A DNA stretch of 64,000 nt from an uncultured Candidatus Saccharibacteria bacterium. Lineage in GTDB: Bacteria > Patescibacteriota > Minisyncoccia > Phycocordibacterales > JACOZG01. Below, in pieces: positions 30,275-38,595 of this stretch; position 1 is the first letter of the stretch; each line of letters begins with the position of its first letter. The position numbers were made by a program, and so were the translations under genes. A model generated the notes under the pieces. That model saw nothing but the letters and a program-made list of their open reading frames with translations. It was not told the DNA's origin and ran no database searches. Location of the stretch: assembly GCA_964648765.1 (NCBI GenBank), contig CAZYLF010000002.1, positions 68,579 through 132,578 on the forward strand. Reading direction: 5' to 3'.

Positions 30275-30312
30275 CCCCCCAGTGCCAATGTGCGCTGGGG
30301 GGATTTTTTTAT
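30275..30312 (+). terminator. Rho-independent terminator closing the island on the plus strand
   Basis: Hairpin ccccccag-tgccaatgtgcg-ctgggggg followed by atttttttatt. Confidence 0.6.
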
Positions 30313-30341
30313 TTAAATACAAGCGTGCTATAGTGATAAAT

Positions 30342-32273
30342 ATGAATGAAATTGAGGGGATACTGAAAGTATCAATGAAAGGCACTGGGTATGTGGATTT
30401 GCCTGGTGAAGAAACTAAGCGAAAAAATAAACGAGAAGCCGCTGAAATTGATCCGAACTTTTTAAACGCCGGAATGAACGGCGACAAAGTGCGCGTGATG
30501 CTCCATCCGCGCAAAGGTGATAAACCTCAAACTGGTGAGGTGGTGGCGATTTTAGAACGCGCCAAAATGGAGTATGTGGGCGTGATTGAAGAAGAAAATG
30601 GTTTCTTCTTTCTTGTGCCGGACGATAAGCGTTTATATAAAGATATTTTAATTGCGAGTAACAAACTGGCGGGTGGTAAAGCGGGCGATAAAGTTTTAGC
30701 CAAAATTACCAAATGGGAAGATCCTAAAAAAGAACCGATTGGTGAAGTGGTTGAAGTGATCGGCAAACCGGGCGAACACGATGTGGAAATGCGCGCCATT
30801 GTGCTTGACCGCGGTTTTCGTCCACCCTTCAAGCCAGAGGTTGAGGCAGAGGCAGCCACACTTAAAGCTGGCTCAGAAGCTGACCTCGCAAGCGAAGCTA
30901 AAATCCGTAAAGATTTCCGCAAAACTCTCACCTTCACCATTGACCCAGTTGACGCTAAAGACTTCGACGACGCAATCTCGTTTAAAGATTTAGGAAATGA
31001 TAAATATGAAATCGGAGTGCACATTGCCGACGTGTCGCATTATGTGCGCCCCGGCACTAAACTAGATGAAGAGGCTCGCCACCGCGCCACGTCTATTTAT
31101 TTAGTAGACCGAACAATTCCAATGTTACCGGAGATTCTCTCCAACGAACTTTGCAGTTTGCGACCTAATGAAGACAAACTCACCTTCTCCGCTGTTTTTA
31201 CAATTGATAAAAATGGCAATATTAGCGACAAATGGTTTGGACGCACCATCATCCACTCCGCGCGCCGCTTTACTTATGAGGAAGTTCAGAAAATTTTAGA
31301 TGATAAAAAAGGCGATCATTATGAGGAATTAAAGACCGTTAATGAGCTGGCAGAAAAGTTAAGAAAGGGGCGTTTTGCGGATGGAGCTATTGCGTTTGAA
31401 AAAGATGAAGTTAAATTTATTTTAGACGGCGCTGGCAAACCAGTAGATGTGTACCGCAAAGTGCGCACCGCTTCACACTTATTGGTAGAAGATTTTATGT
31501 TGCTAGCCAATAAAGAAGTGGCGAGCTACGTGTCGACATTGGTGAAGAATCAAGCGGGCAACTTTGTGTACCGCATTCATGATTTGCCCGACAGTGACCG
31601 CTTAATGGAACTATCAAATTATCTGGCGCCGTTAGGTTACCATTTAAAGCTTAAAGATGGCCGAATTGATTCTGGCGATTTTAATAAATTTTTAGAAACT
31701 ATCAAAGGCAAGCCTGAAGAATACTTGATCCAAACCGCCGCCGTGCGCACTATGGCTAAAGCCGTGTACTCTATGAACAATATCGGCCACTACGGTTTAG
31801 CCTTTACTCATTACACTCACTTCACCTCCCCTATTCGTCGTTACCCTGACGTGATGGTGCACCGCTTACTCGACATTTATTTAAAAAAGGAAACACCACC
31901 ACCCTCAATGCTCACCGATTACGGCGAGTTATGTATTTATGGTTCACGCATGGAGGGCGAGGCTTCAGAAGCGGAGCGCGAAAGTATTAAATATAAACAA
32001 GTGGAATATTTGCAAGGTGGCGTGGGCAAAACCTTTAAAGCCACGATCTCCGGTATCGCCAAATGGGGAATTTATGTAGCAGAGGAGAAAACCGAAGCCG
32101 ACGGAGTCATCAGACTCTCTGAGATGAAGGATGACTTTTACATGTTAGAAGAGGATGGGATTTCTTTAGTGGGGAAATCTTCTGGCAAACGTTATCGCTT
32201 AGGCGACAAAGTTAACGTTAAACTAATTAAAGCCGATATTAAGGAGCGTCAACTCGACTTCATATTTGTTTAA
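30342..32273 (+). CDS. rnr: Ribonuclease R (RNB family 3'-5' exoribonuclease with C-terminal S1 domain)
   Basis: RNB motifs DFDDAISF, IADVSHYV, HYGLAFTHYTHFTSPIRRYPDVMVHR. S1-like C-terminus. Start set at MNEIEG because the longer ORF overlaps the terminator hairpin. Confidence 0.9.
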   Translation: MNEIEGILKVSMKGTGYVDLPGEETKRKNKREAAEIDPNFLNAGMNGDKVRVMLHPRKGDKPQTGEVVAILERAKMEYVGVIEEENGFFFLVPDDKRLYKDILIASNKLAGGKAGDKVLAKITKWEDPKKEPIGEVVEVIGKPGEHDVEMRAIVLDRGFRPPFKPEVEAEAATLKAGSEADLASEAKIRKDFRKTLTFTIDPVDAKDFDDAISFKDLGNDKYEIGVHIADVSHYVRPGTKLDEEARHRATSIYLVDRTIPMLPEILSNELCSLRPNEDKLTFSAVFTIDKNGNISDKWFGRTIIHSARRFTYEEVQKILDDKKGDHYEELKTVNELAEKLRKGRFADGAIAFEKDEVKFILDGAGKPVDVYRKVRTASHLLVEDFMLLANKEVASYVSTLVKNQAGNFVYRIHDLPDSDRLMELSNYLAPLGYHLKLKDGRIDSGDFNKFLETIKGKPEEYLIQTAAVRTMAKAVYSMNNIGHYGLAFTHYTHFTSPIRRYPDVMVHRLLDIYLKKETPPPSMLTDYGELCIYGSRMEGEASEAERESIKYKQVEYLQGGVGKTFKATISGIAKWGIYVAEEKTEADGVIRLSEMKDDFYMLEEDGISLVGKSSGKRYRLGDKVNVKLIKADIKERQLDFIFV

Positions 32274-32276
32274 AAG

Positions 32277-32438
32277 ATGCTTGTACTAATTCTGAAAGTT
32301 ACGATTATTCTTTTATTCCTCTCCACTTTCTCTTGTTTTTACTTTTGGACGTGGAAGTTTATCGTGCCATTTTTCTCCTCCCTACTTTTGCTTGGCGCCG
32401 TTTTCGGCGTACACCATTTGTCGGATATGCTTACTTAA
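32277..32438 (+). CDS. Possible 53-aa two-TM micro-protein immediately after rnr
   Basis: ATG 3 nt after the rnr stop. Highly hydrophobic (LVLILKVTIILLFLSTFSCFYFW...LLLLGAVFGV). Below the ORF-track size cutoff. Confidence 0.25.
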   Translation: MLVLILKVTIILLFLSTFSCFYFWTWKFIVPFFSSLLLLGAVFGVHHLSDMLT

Positions 32439-32691
32439 AATATCCTTCGGCTTTAAGTAAGCTAGTTTTCTCGGCCTGCCCGCCACGATTGTAAGCGCCA
32501 ATTTTGCCATCACTTCTGACCACACGATGACACGGCACACTTTTATCAAAATTCCCTTTCATAATATTCCCCACTGCTCGCGCCGCACCAGGTGAGCCGG
32601 CCATTTCCGCCACTTGTTTGTAGGTTAGAACTTCACCCTTCGGAATCTTCTTCACAATATCCTGCACTCGAGATTTAAAAGTGGACTTCAT
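32431..32691 (-). CDS. Stand-alone methylated-DNA-protein-cysteine methyltransferase C-terminal (DNA-binding/active-site) domain
   Basis: Active-site VPCHRVV plus GAYNRGG and HTH-like KQVAEMAGSPGAARAVG. Only 86 aa. Confidence 0.7.
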   Translation of the reverse strand: MKSTFKSRVQDIVKKIPKGEVLTYKQVAEMAGSPGAARAVGNIMKGNFDKSVPCHRVVRSDGKIGAYNRGGQAEKTSLLKAEGYFK

Positions 32692-32820
32692 AATTCAAAT
32701 ATAACAAAAAGCGATTCTTTTCCAAAACATCTTAATGAAATTACGACCGTTGAGACAGTAAGATATTAAATGAAAATAAAAAACCGCCGGAGACGAGATT
32801 GCTTTCTCGTTCCGGCAGAG

Positions 32821-33216
32821 TTACTCATTACGAGTAGAGTTCTTGGCGACCATTCTGATTTGTTCCAAAGTGAGAGAGCCGAGGCGTTTGTATAAATCGA
32901 GCAACTCTCCAAATTCTGGTTCCTCAATTTTCTCCAGCTTTGCCTCCACTATAGATCCAAGTAGCGGGAGGATATTCAACCCAGTGCGATTTTCCTGCGG
33001 CGTTTCTTTTTTTAGTAAGTCCTCCATCTCCTTAACTGTTACGCCGTAAGCTTTAGCAATCTTGGGCATATTACTTGAGTTGGGATAGTACTTCCCATTT
33101 TCCCAACTCGAAACGCTAGCCTGTTTTGATCCTATTTCCCTCGTAACATCCTCCTGTTTTTTACCTAACTCCTTCCTTTTTTTCCTCAGAAAATCACCGA
33201 GGTCTTTCTTAGACAT
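32821..33216 (-). CDS. XRE-family HTH transcriptional regulator
   Basis: GKKQEDVTREIGSKQASVSSWENGKYYPNSSNMPKIAKAYGVTVKEM. Confidence 0.75.
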   Translation of the reverse strand: MSKKDLGDFLRKKRKELGKKQEDVTREIGSKQASVSSWENGKYYPNSSNMPKIAKAYGVTVKEMEDLLKKETPQENRTGLNILPLLGSIVEAKLEKIEEPEFGELLDLYKRLGSLTLEQIRMVAKNSTRNE

Positions 33217-33311
33217 ATCATTTCTCCCTTATCATTTTCTGAAATTTGGTCTTTACCCAGTCCTTCTTCTTAACTATCATTAAAGATTGCTCAAGTCAAG
33301 CAGATAAAAAT

Positions 33312-35528
33312 TTACTTGGCATACACAGTCGCGTCGTCGAATTTGATGGAGAGTAAGCGTGACACGCCATCTGAGCCCATCGTCACACCGTAAATCACCG
33401 AGGCGCGACTCATGGTCTCGCGATTGTGAGTAATCAAAATTAATTGGGAATGCTTAGCTAAATTCTCAATCATGTCGCCATACTTACGCGAGTTGGCTTC
33501 ATCAAGCGCGGCGTCCGTTTCGTCTAAAATTAAAAATGGTGGCGGGTTCACCTGCGACATGGCGAAAAGTAACGCGATGGAAGTAAGTGCGCGTTCGCCA
33601 CCCGAGAGCATCTCAAGCGCGTGAACTTTTTTACGTGGCAGATTAACTTTTATCTCTATGCCAGATTTAGTTTCTGTTTCTTCACCAATCGCCATTAAAT
33701 TTGGGATATCTTCACCGCCCTCCTCCATCTCATTTTTTCTTTTGCTCTTTGGCTCAGCGATCGCCTTCAACTGCGCCTCACCACCGCCAAACATTAGTGA
33801 AAAATATTTTTGAAAGTTTATATTAATTTTTTCCAAACCAGTTTGGAATTCTTTATCAATCCGTTCTCGCAATTCATTAATCACCGTCTCAAGTGATGTG
33901 CGGCTCGCCGCCAAATCTGTTAGCTCTTTGGTTAAAAATTCATCCCTCGCCTCCACTTGCTTGTGCTCCGTAAGCACACCGCTTGAATCCACGCCCATGT
34001 CCTCAAGTCTTATCTTTAACTTTTCTATTGCTCGCAAACGCGCAATTTGTTCCTCGCGAGATTCTTCATTTACCTCACTCGGAATTTCCGCCTCATTAAA
34101 ATTTAAAATTTCTTGATCCACCAACACCTGACCCTCGGTCAGTTCTTTTTTAAAAGCATTTTCTTCCAACCTTAATTTATCATCCCGACTTTGCCATAAA
34201 GCCATATGCGAGTCGCTCTCCCGACGGCGCGCTAAGAGCTCATAACTCTCCCGATCTGCTTCCCTGGCCTCATTCATCTTTGACTCTAACTCGATATTTA
34301 TTTGCGCTTCTCTGTTGAGATATTCCTTCTCCTCATTTTTTATTTCACCAATTTTTGATTCCAGTTCATTTTGATCAGATTTAAGTTTCGTTAACTCCTT
34401 GTCTCTCGCCTCAGCCTCATCGTCATTAGATTCTTTTGTTAACTTTTGCCAAAAGTTTTTAATTAAATCTTTAATTTTTTGCCAAGCGCCTTCGGTGGCC
34501 AATCTCTCAATTTCGTCAGTCAAAGTCGCCACCTGATCGCGCGACAAGTAACCACCCTCAACCTCTTTGGGTAGCTTTACTTCAGACTTAAATTGGATCA
34601 AGCCTTCAAGCCGCCCGAGCTGGCGTTCTGAATCTGCTAATTGCTCTCGGCATGCTCTTAAATTAGTTTGGATCTGTCCCAACTCTTTCCGTAAATTACC
34701 CAGCAAATCTTGGTTTGGGTTAGTAACAGAACTTATACTTTTTAATTTTTGCTCTAGATATTTTTTGTCACTTTCTAACTTAGTTTTCTCACTATCAAGT
34801 AAGGCACGAGAATCTTTTAAATACTTGTCTTCAATTTTTAAGTATATTAAATACAGTCTTTTTAATTCAAAGCGTAAATCGTCCGCCTTTTTAATTTTCT
34901 CTACTTCACGGCGCAAAAATTTAAGGTGCGGAGCAATTTCTCGCCTGAGCGATTCCACTTGTTTAATATTTTCTTCAGTTTTCTCTAACTTTTTTTCACT
35001 CTCACTAATCTTCCATTGATAAAGTCGGAGGCCTAGGGCATCTTCCACCATGGTTCGCCGAGAGGCAATATCAGTATTTAAAATTCTATCTGCTTCACCT
35101 TGGCGAATAATTGTGTGCCCTGAGGCACCAAGTGAACCACCAGCCAAAAGTTCCACCACATCCCGCAAACGTACCTCACTGCCGTTAATTGTGTACACGT
35201 TTGTACCATCGCGGTGCACCTCGCGACCAATCGTAAGTTCCGGAAAGTCGACATTAAACTTCCGATCATGGTTATCGAATGTTAGCGTCACTCCGGCGCG
35301 ATTTACTTTACTCTGATTCCCAGCTCCATTAAAAATTAAATCTTCACCCCTCTTACCGCGCAGTGATTTAAGCGACTGCTCACCAAGCGCCCAGCGGAAA
35401 GCTTCCGCCACATTCGACTTGCCCGAACCATTTGGCCCCACCACCGCGGTTACCGGTGCATCGAAAGTTAAAACCGTTTTTTTATTAAAAGATTTAAAGC
35501 CAGAAAGTGTTAACTCTTTAAGCCGCAT
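33312..35528 (-). CDS. smc: SMC-family chromosome segregation ATPase, short form (738 aa)
   Basis: Walker A GPNGSGKSNV. Long coiled coils. ABC signature LSGGERALTSIALLFAM. Walker B FLILDETDAALD. Confidence 0.8.
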   Translation of the reverse strand: MRLKELTLSGFKSFNKKTVLTFDAPVTAVVGPNGSGKSNVAEAFRWALGEQSLKSLRGKRGEDLIFNGAGNQSKVNRAGVTLTFDNHDRKFNVDFPELTIGREVHRDGTNVYTINGSEVRLRDVVELLAGGSLGASGHTIIRQGEADRILNTDIASRRTMVEDALGLRLYQWKISESEKKLEKTEENIKQVESLRREIAPHLKFLRREVEKIKKADDLRFELKRLYLIYLKIEDKYLKDSRALLDSEKTKLESDKKYLEQKLKSISSVTNPNQDLLGNLRKELGQIQTNLRACREQLADSERQLGRLEGLIQFKSEVKLPKEVEGGYLSRDQVATLTDEIERLATEGAWQKIKDLIKNFWQKLTKESNDDEAEARDKELTKLKSDQNELESKIGEIKNEEKEYLNREAQINIELESKMNEAREADRESYELLARRRESDSHMALWQSRDDKLRLEENAFKKELTEGQVLVDQEILNFNEAEIPSEVNEESREEQIARLRAIEKLKIRLEDMGVDSSGVLTEHKQVEARDEFLTKELTDLAASRTSLETVINELRERIDKEFQTGLEKININFQKYFSLMFGGGEAQLKAIAEPKSKRKNEMEEGGEDIPNLMAIGEETETKSGIEIKVNLPRKKVHALEMLSGGERALTSIALLFAMSQVNPPPFLILDETDAALDEANSRKYGDMIENLAKHSQLILITHNRETMSRASVIYGVTMGSDGVSRLLSIKFDDATVYAK

Positions 35529-35532
35529 GAGT

Positions 35533-36234
35533 TTACTTTTTCCATCCTTTTATTTCTAAACCACTTCGAGCTGCCTCTTGTTCAGCTTCTTGTTTTGAAG
35601 GCCCACTGCCCTCCGCCACCAAATCATTATTTATATAAACTCCCACCACAAAAGTTTTATTGTGATCCGGACCAGTTTGCTTGATCACCTCATAACGAGG
35701 AGTAGTGCCGGCCACCTCTTGTGACTTTTCTTGAAAAAAACTTTTAGCATCTTGCCACAGTGCCCCTTTAATTATTTCGGTTAATCGAGGGAAGAGAGTT
35801 CGGCGCACAAAGCTCTCGGCTTCAGCATAACCTTGATCTAAATATATTGAACCAATAATAGATTCGTAAGTGTCGGCCAATATCACCTGCCTTGCTCGGC
35901 CAGTATCCCGCGCCTCACCTTTTGAGAGTAAGAGGAAATCGTTAACGCCAAGTTCCTCAGCCACCTTGCCGAGCTCCACCGTGTTTACCATTGCCGCGCG
36001 ATACACCGTGAGCGCGCCCTCATTCGCATCGCTATATTGTTTGTATAAATGGTCACTGACCAAAAGTTCAAGTACGGCATCGCCTAAAAATTCTAAACGC
36101 TCGTTGTGCGCAATATCGGCACTTTTGTTTTCATTTAAATATGAACGGTGAGTTAACGCCTGTTTTAAATAATTGATGTCTTTAAACTTAACACCTAAAA
36201 TCGCTTCCAAATTTTGCCAATTACTTTCGCTCAT
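35533..36234 (-). CDS. rnc: Ribonuclease III
   Basis: ERLEFLGDAVLELLVSDHLY signature. C-terminal dsRBD. Confidence 0.92.
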   Translation of the reverse strand: MSESNWQNLEAILGVKFKDINYLKQALTHRSYLNENKSADIAHNERLEFLGDAVLELLVSDHLYKQYSDANEGALTVYRAAMVNTVELGKVAEELGVNDFLLLSKGEARDTGRARQVILADTYESIIGSIYLDQGYAEAESFVRRTLFPRLTEIIKGALWQDAKSFFQEKSQEVAGTTPRYEVIKQTGPDHNKTFVVGVYINNDLVAEGSGPSKQEAEQEAARSGLEIKGWKK

Positions 36235-36238
36235 GAAA

Positions 36239-37150
36239 TTATTGATTACCCTTATCCAATAAAACCTTTACTGCCTTAGTAACGATGGGCACAATATCGT
36301 CATACATTCGTAAATCTGGGATCTCCTCAAGTGGAAACCATTTTGCATCATTCAAACCTTCTTGTTTGGTGAGCTTCAGTTGTTTTTTGTCTTTGGCCTC
36401 TGCTAAATAATAGTGAACTTGCTTGCGAATTTTGCCCTTTTCTGGATGTGAGGCTACGTACTCATTTTTACCAATATCTTTTTTAATTTCAATATCTAAA
36501 GAAATTTCTTCTTTAACTTCTTTGGCAGTGCCTTCTTCAGTATTCATCCCCTCTTCAATATGACCTTTTGAAAGCGTCCAGTATCCAAACATATCGTGTA
36601 CTAGCGCGAGCTCTAATTTGTCTCCATCGCGAGAGTAAACTACAGCACCACCTAACTTTTCAACTGGCATTTGTTCATATGGCACGTCATTTACTCGGCG
36701 CTTTTTGGCTGGCACTTCATCCTTACCAGGCTCGCCAAGTTCTTTATAAATTGTGCCGAGCACACCGTTTACAAATCTACCACTATTTTCTCCACCAAAA
36801 GTTTTAGCTAGTTCGATAGCTTCATTTATTGCCACGCGCGCTGGCACCTCTTTACGATCCGCAAAAAGGAGCTCATAAAGTCCGAGCCGTAGTACGTTGC
36901 GATCCACATAAGCTATCTTTTCAATCGGCCAATCTGGGGCCGCCTTTTCAATAATAGAGTCTAATTTGTCTTGCTTACCCACAATGCCATCTACCAAATC
37001 ATCCACAAAATCCGACTCGTCTATACCGGGAGCAAACTCCTCAATGTTACGTTTAACTATCGACCGAAGGGTCGAATTGTTCATGCCACAGAAATCCCAC
37101 TCAAAGAGGGACTGCATAGCAATGCTCCGCGATAGGTGCCGGTTGGCCAT
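36239..37150 (-). CDS. nusB: Transcription antitermination factor NusB fused to a C-terminal NUDIX hydrolase domain
   Basis: NusB: RSIAMQSLFEWDF...VDRNVLRLGLYELLF...AINEAIELAKTFGGENSGRFVNGVLG. NUDIX box: SKGHIEEGMNTEEGTAKEVKEEISL. Confidence 0.8.
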   Translation of the reverse strand: MANRHLSRSIAMQSLFEWDFCGMNNSTLRSIVKRNIEEFAPGIDESDFVDDLVDGIVGKQDKLDSIIEKAAPDWPIEKIAYVDRNVLRLGLYELLFADRKEVPARVAINEAIELAKTFGGENSGRFVNGVLGTIYKELGEPGKDEVPAKKRRVNDVPYEQMPVEKLGGAVVYSRDGDKLELALVHDMFGYWTLSKGHIEEGMNTEEGTAKEVKEEISLDIEIKKDIGKNEYVASHPEKGKIRKQVHYYLAEAKDKKQLKLTKQEGLNDAKWFPLEEIPDLRMYDDIVPIVTKAVKVLLDKGNQ

Positions 37151-37171
37151 ATTTAATTTTTATAAATGTTC

Positions 37172-37390
37172 TTACTTTGAAGACGCTTTGGCCTTCTTTG
37201 CCTTCTTATCTAATTTGGCAAGCACGTTTATGACCTCTCGGCCACGGTAAGTTCCGCAATTCAGACAAACCCGATGCATCAGATGCATTTCACTGCATTT
37301 GGCGCACTTTAAAAGCCGCGGGGCTTTAAGCGCGTGATGACTCCGCCTGTTGGCGGTATGGGATCGGGTATGACGCATTCGTACAACCAT
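37172..37390 (-). CDS. rpmF: 50S ribosomal protein L32
   Basis: [20 protein letters not shown]...[25 protein letters not shown]. Confidence 0.9.
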   Translation of the reverse strand: MVVRMRHTRSHTANRRSHHALKAPRLLKCAKCSEMHLMHRVCLNCGTYRGREVINVLAKLDKKAKKAKASSK

Positions 37391-37429
37391 AGTGCTTTTG
37401 AGTATAACCTAAGCCACAAAAAAAGGCAA

Positions 37430-38077
37430 TTACAAATAGCTTTTTCGGTGGATTACTGAGATTCCGAGCTTTTTAATCGCTTTGTAATGGGCTTTTATGC
37501 CGTAGCCTTTATGAACTTCAAAACCGTAACCTGGGTACCTTTTCGCTAAATTTACCATTGTTCTATCGCGGGTTACTTTAGCCACGATGGATGCCAAGGA
37601 AATAATTGGCTCACTTTCATCACCCTTTATTATAGTTTTTTGATTTACAAATTCCGGTGGCGCCTTTAAACTACCATCTAACAAAATCTCGACTGAATCG
37701 GGATCTGCTTTTAACTTTTTTAAACAATTACTAATTCCAATTTTAATCGCCTTCACAATCCCCTGTTTATCAATCACTTTTTCACTCACTAACGCCACGG
37801 CAAAATTTAAATTCCCTTGCTTTTTTTCTTCCTTTAAAAATTCAAACCACACCTCTCTCTGCTTTTCACTCAACTTTTTTGAATCCTTCAATTTCGGCAA
37901 ATTCCCGAAGTTCGACTTCCAAAATTTTGGAGTGTGGTGTAATTTTAAAATTATCACCGCTCCCACTGCCACGGGTCCAGCTAATGGTCCTCTGCCAGCT
38001 TCATCGATACCTATGATCATTTCCCTAGAGTGTGCCAATGTATTCACCTTGATTTGGGAAATCAGCCCGGTAATCAT
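37430..38077 (-). CDS. rnhB: Ribonuclease HII
   Basis: IIGIDEAGRGPLAGPVAVGAVI active-site motif. Confidence 0.9.
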   Translation of the reverse strand: MITGLISQIKVNTLAHSREMIIGIDEAGRGPLAGPVAVGAVIILKLHHTPKFWKSNFGNLPKLKDSKKLSEKQREVWFEFLKEEKKQGNLNFAVALVSEKVIDKQGIVKAIKIGISNCLKKLKADPDSVEILLDGSLKAPPEFVNQKTIIKGDESEPIISLASIVAKVTRDRTMVNLAKRYPGYGFEVHKGYGIKAHYKAIKKLGISVIHRKSYL

Positions 38078-38483
38078 TTAGTAACTTTTGAGTTAACTTA
38101 GCCGGAAACAGATTGGTTGGCAGATTATCTAGCGGGAGCCAGGTTAGCCACTTTTTATCTCCATCTTCTGGGTCAAGCATTTTTTCCAATTCTTCAAACT
38201 TATTTATCTCACCTAAAACAAAAAACTCAACACTATGTTCATCCTTTTCAGGTAATATAAAATCTCTGACATATAGAATCTTGTTAAAATCAAAAGTAGT
38301 ACCATCGCCACACTCCTCTTTTACTTCTCTTCTGCAACAATCAGCAAGGGTCTCACCATACTCCAACTTTCCTCCAATATAATAATAGTAATCCCCAACC
38401 GAGTCATACGTTACAAGTAATTTATCATTTTTTATCACCACCAATCGAGCTCTCACTTTTATAGCATTTTCCTTTTTATCCAT
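38025..38483 (-). CDS. NUDIX hydrolase
   Basis: NUDIX box GGKLEYGETLADCCRREVKEECG. Overlaps the rnhB start by about 50 nt. Confidence 0.7.
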   Translation of the reverse strand: MDKKENAIKVRARLVVIKNDKLLVTYDSVGDYYYYIGGKLEYGETLADCCRREVKEECGDGTTFDFNKILYVRDFILPEKDEHSVEFFVLGEINKFEELEKMLDPEDGDKKWLTWLPLDNLPTNLFPAKLTQKLLNDYRADFPNQGEYIGTL

Positions 38484-38559
38484 ACTTTTTATTTTATCAT
38501 CTCACAAAAAAAGCGCGATCTGACAAACAGATCGCGTATAATTAGGAATCTGTCAAATT

Positions 38560-38590
38560 TTGGGGAGGTGGGAATTAGTCTGCTATAATT
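38560..38590 (+). promoter_or_regulatory. Putative promoter for dnaE; a -10 TATAAT lies 5 nt upstream of the ATG, suggesting a near-leaderless transcript
   Basis: tgcTATAATttgccATG. A weak -35 TTGGGG sits 18 nt upstream. Confidence 0.3.
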
Positions 38591-38595
38591 TGCCC

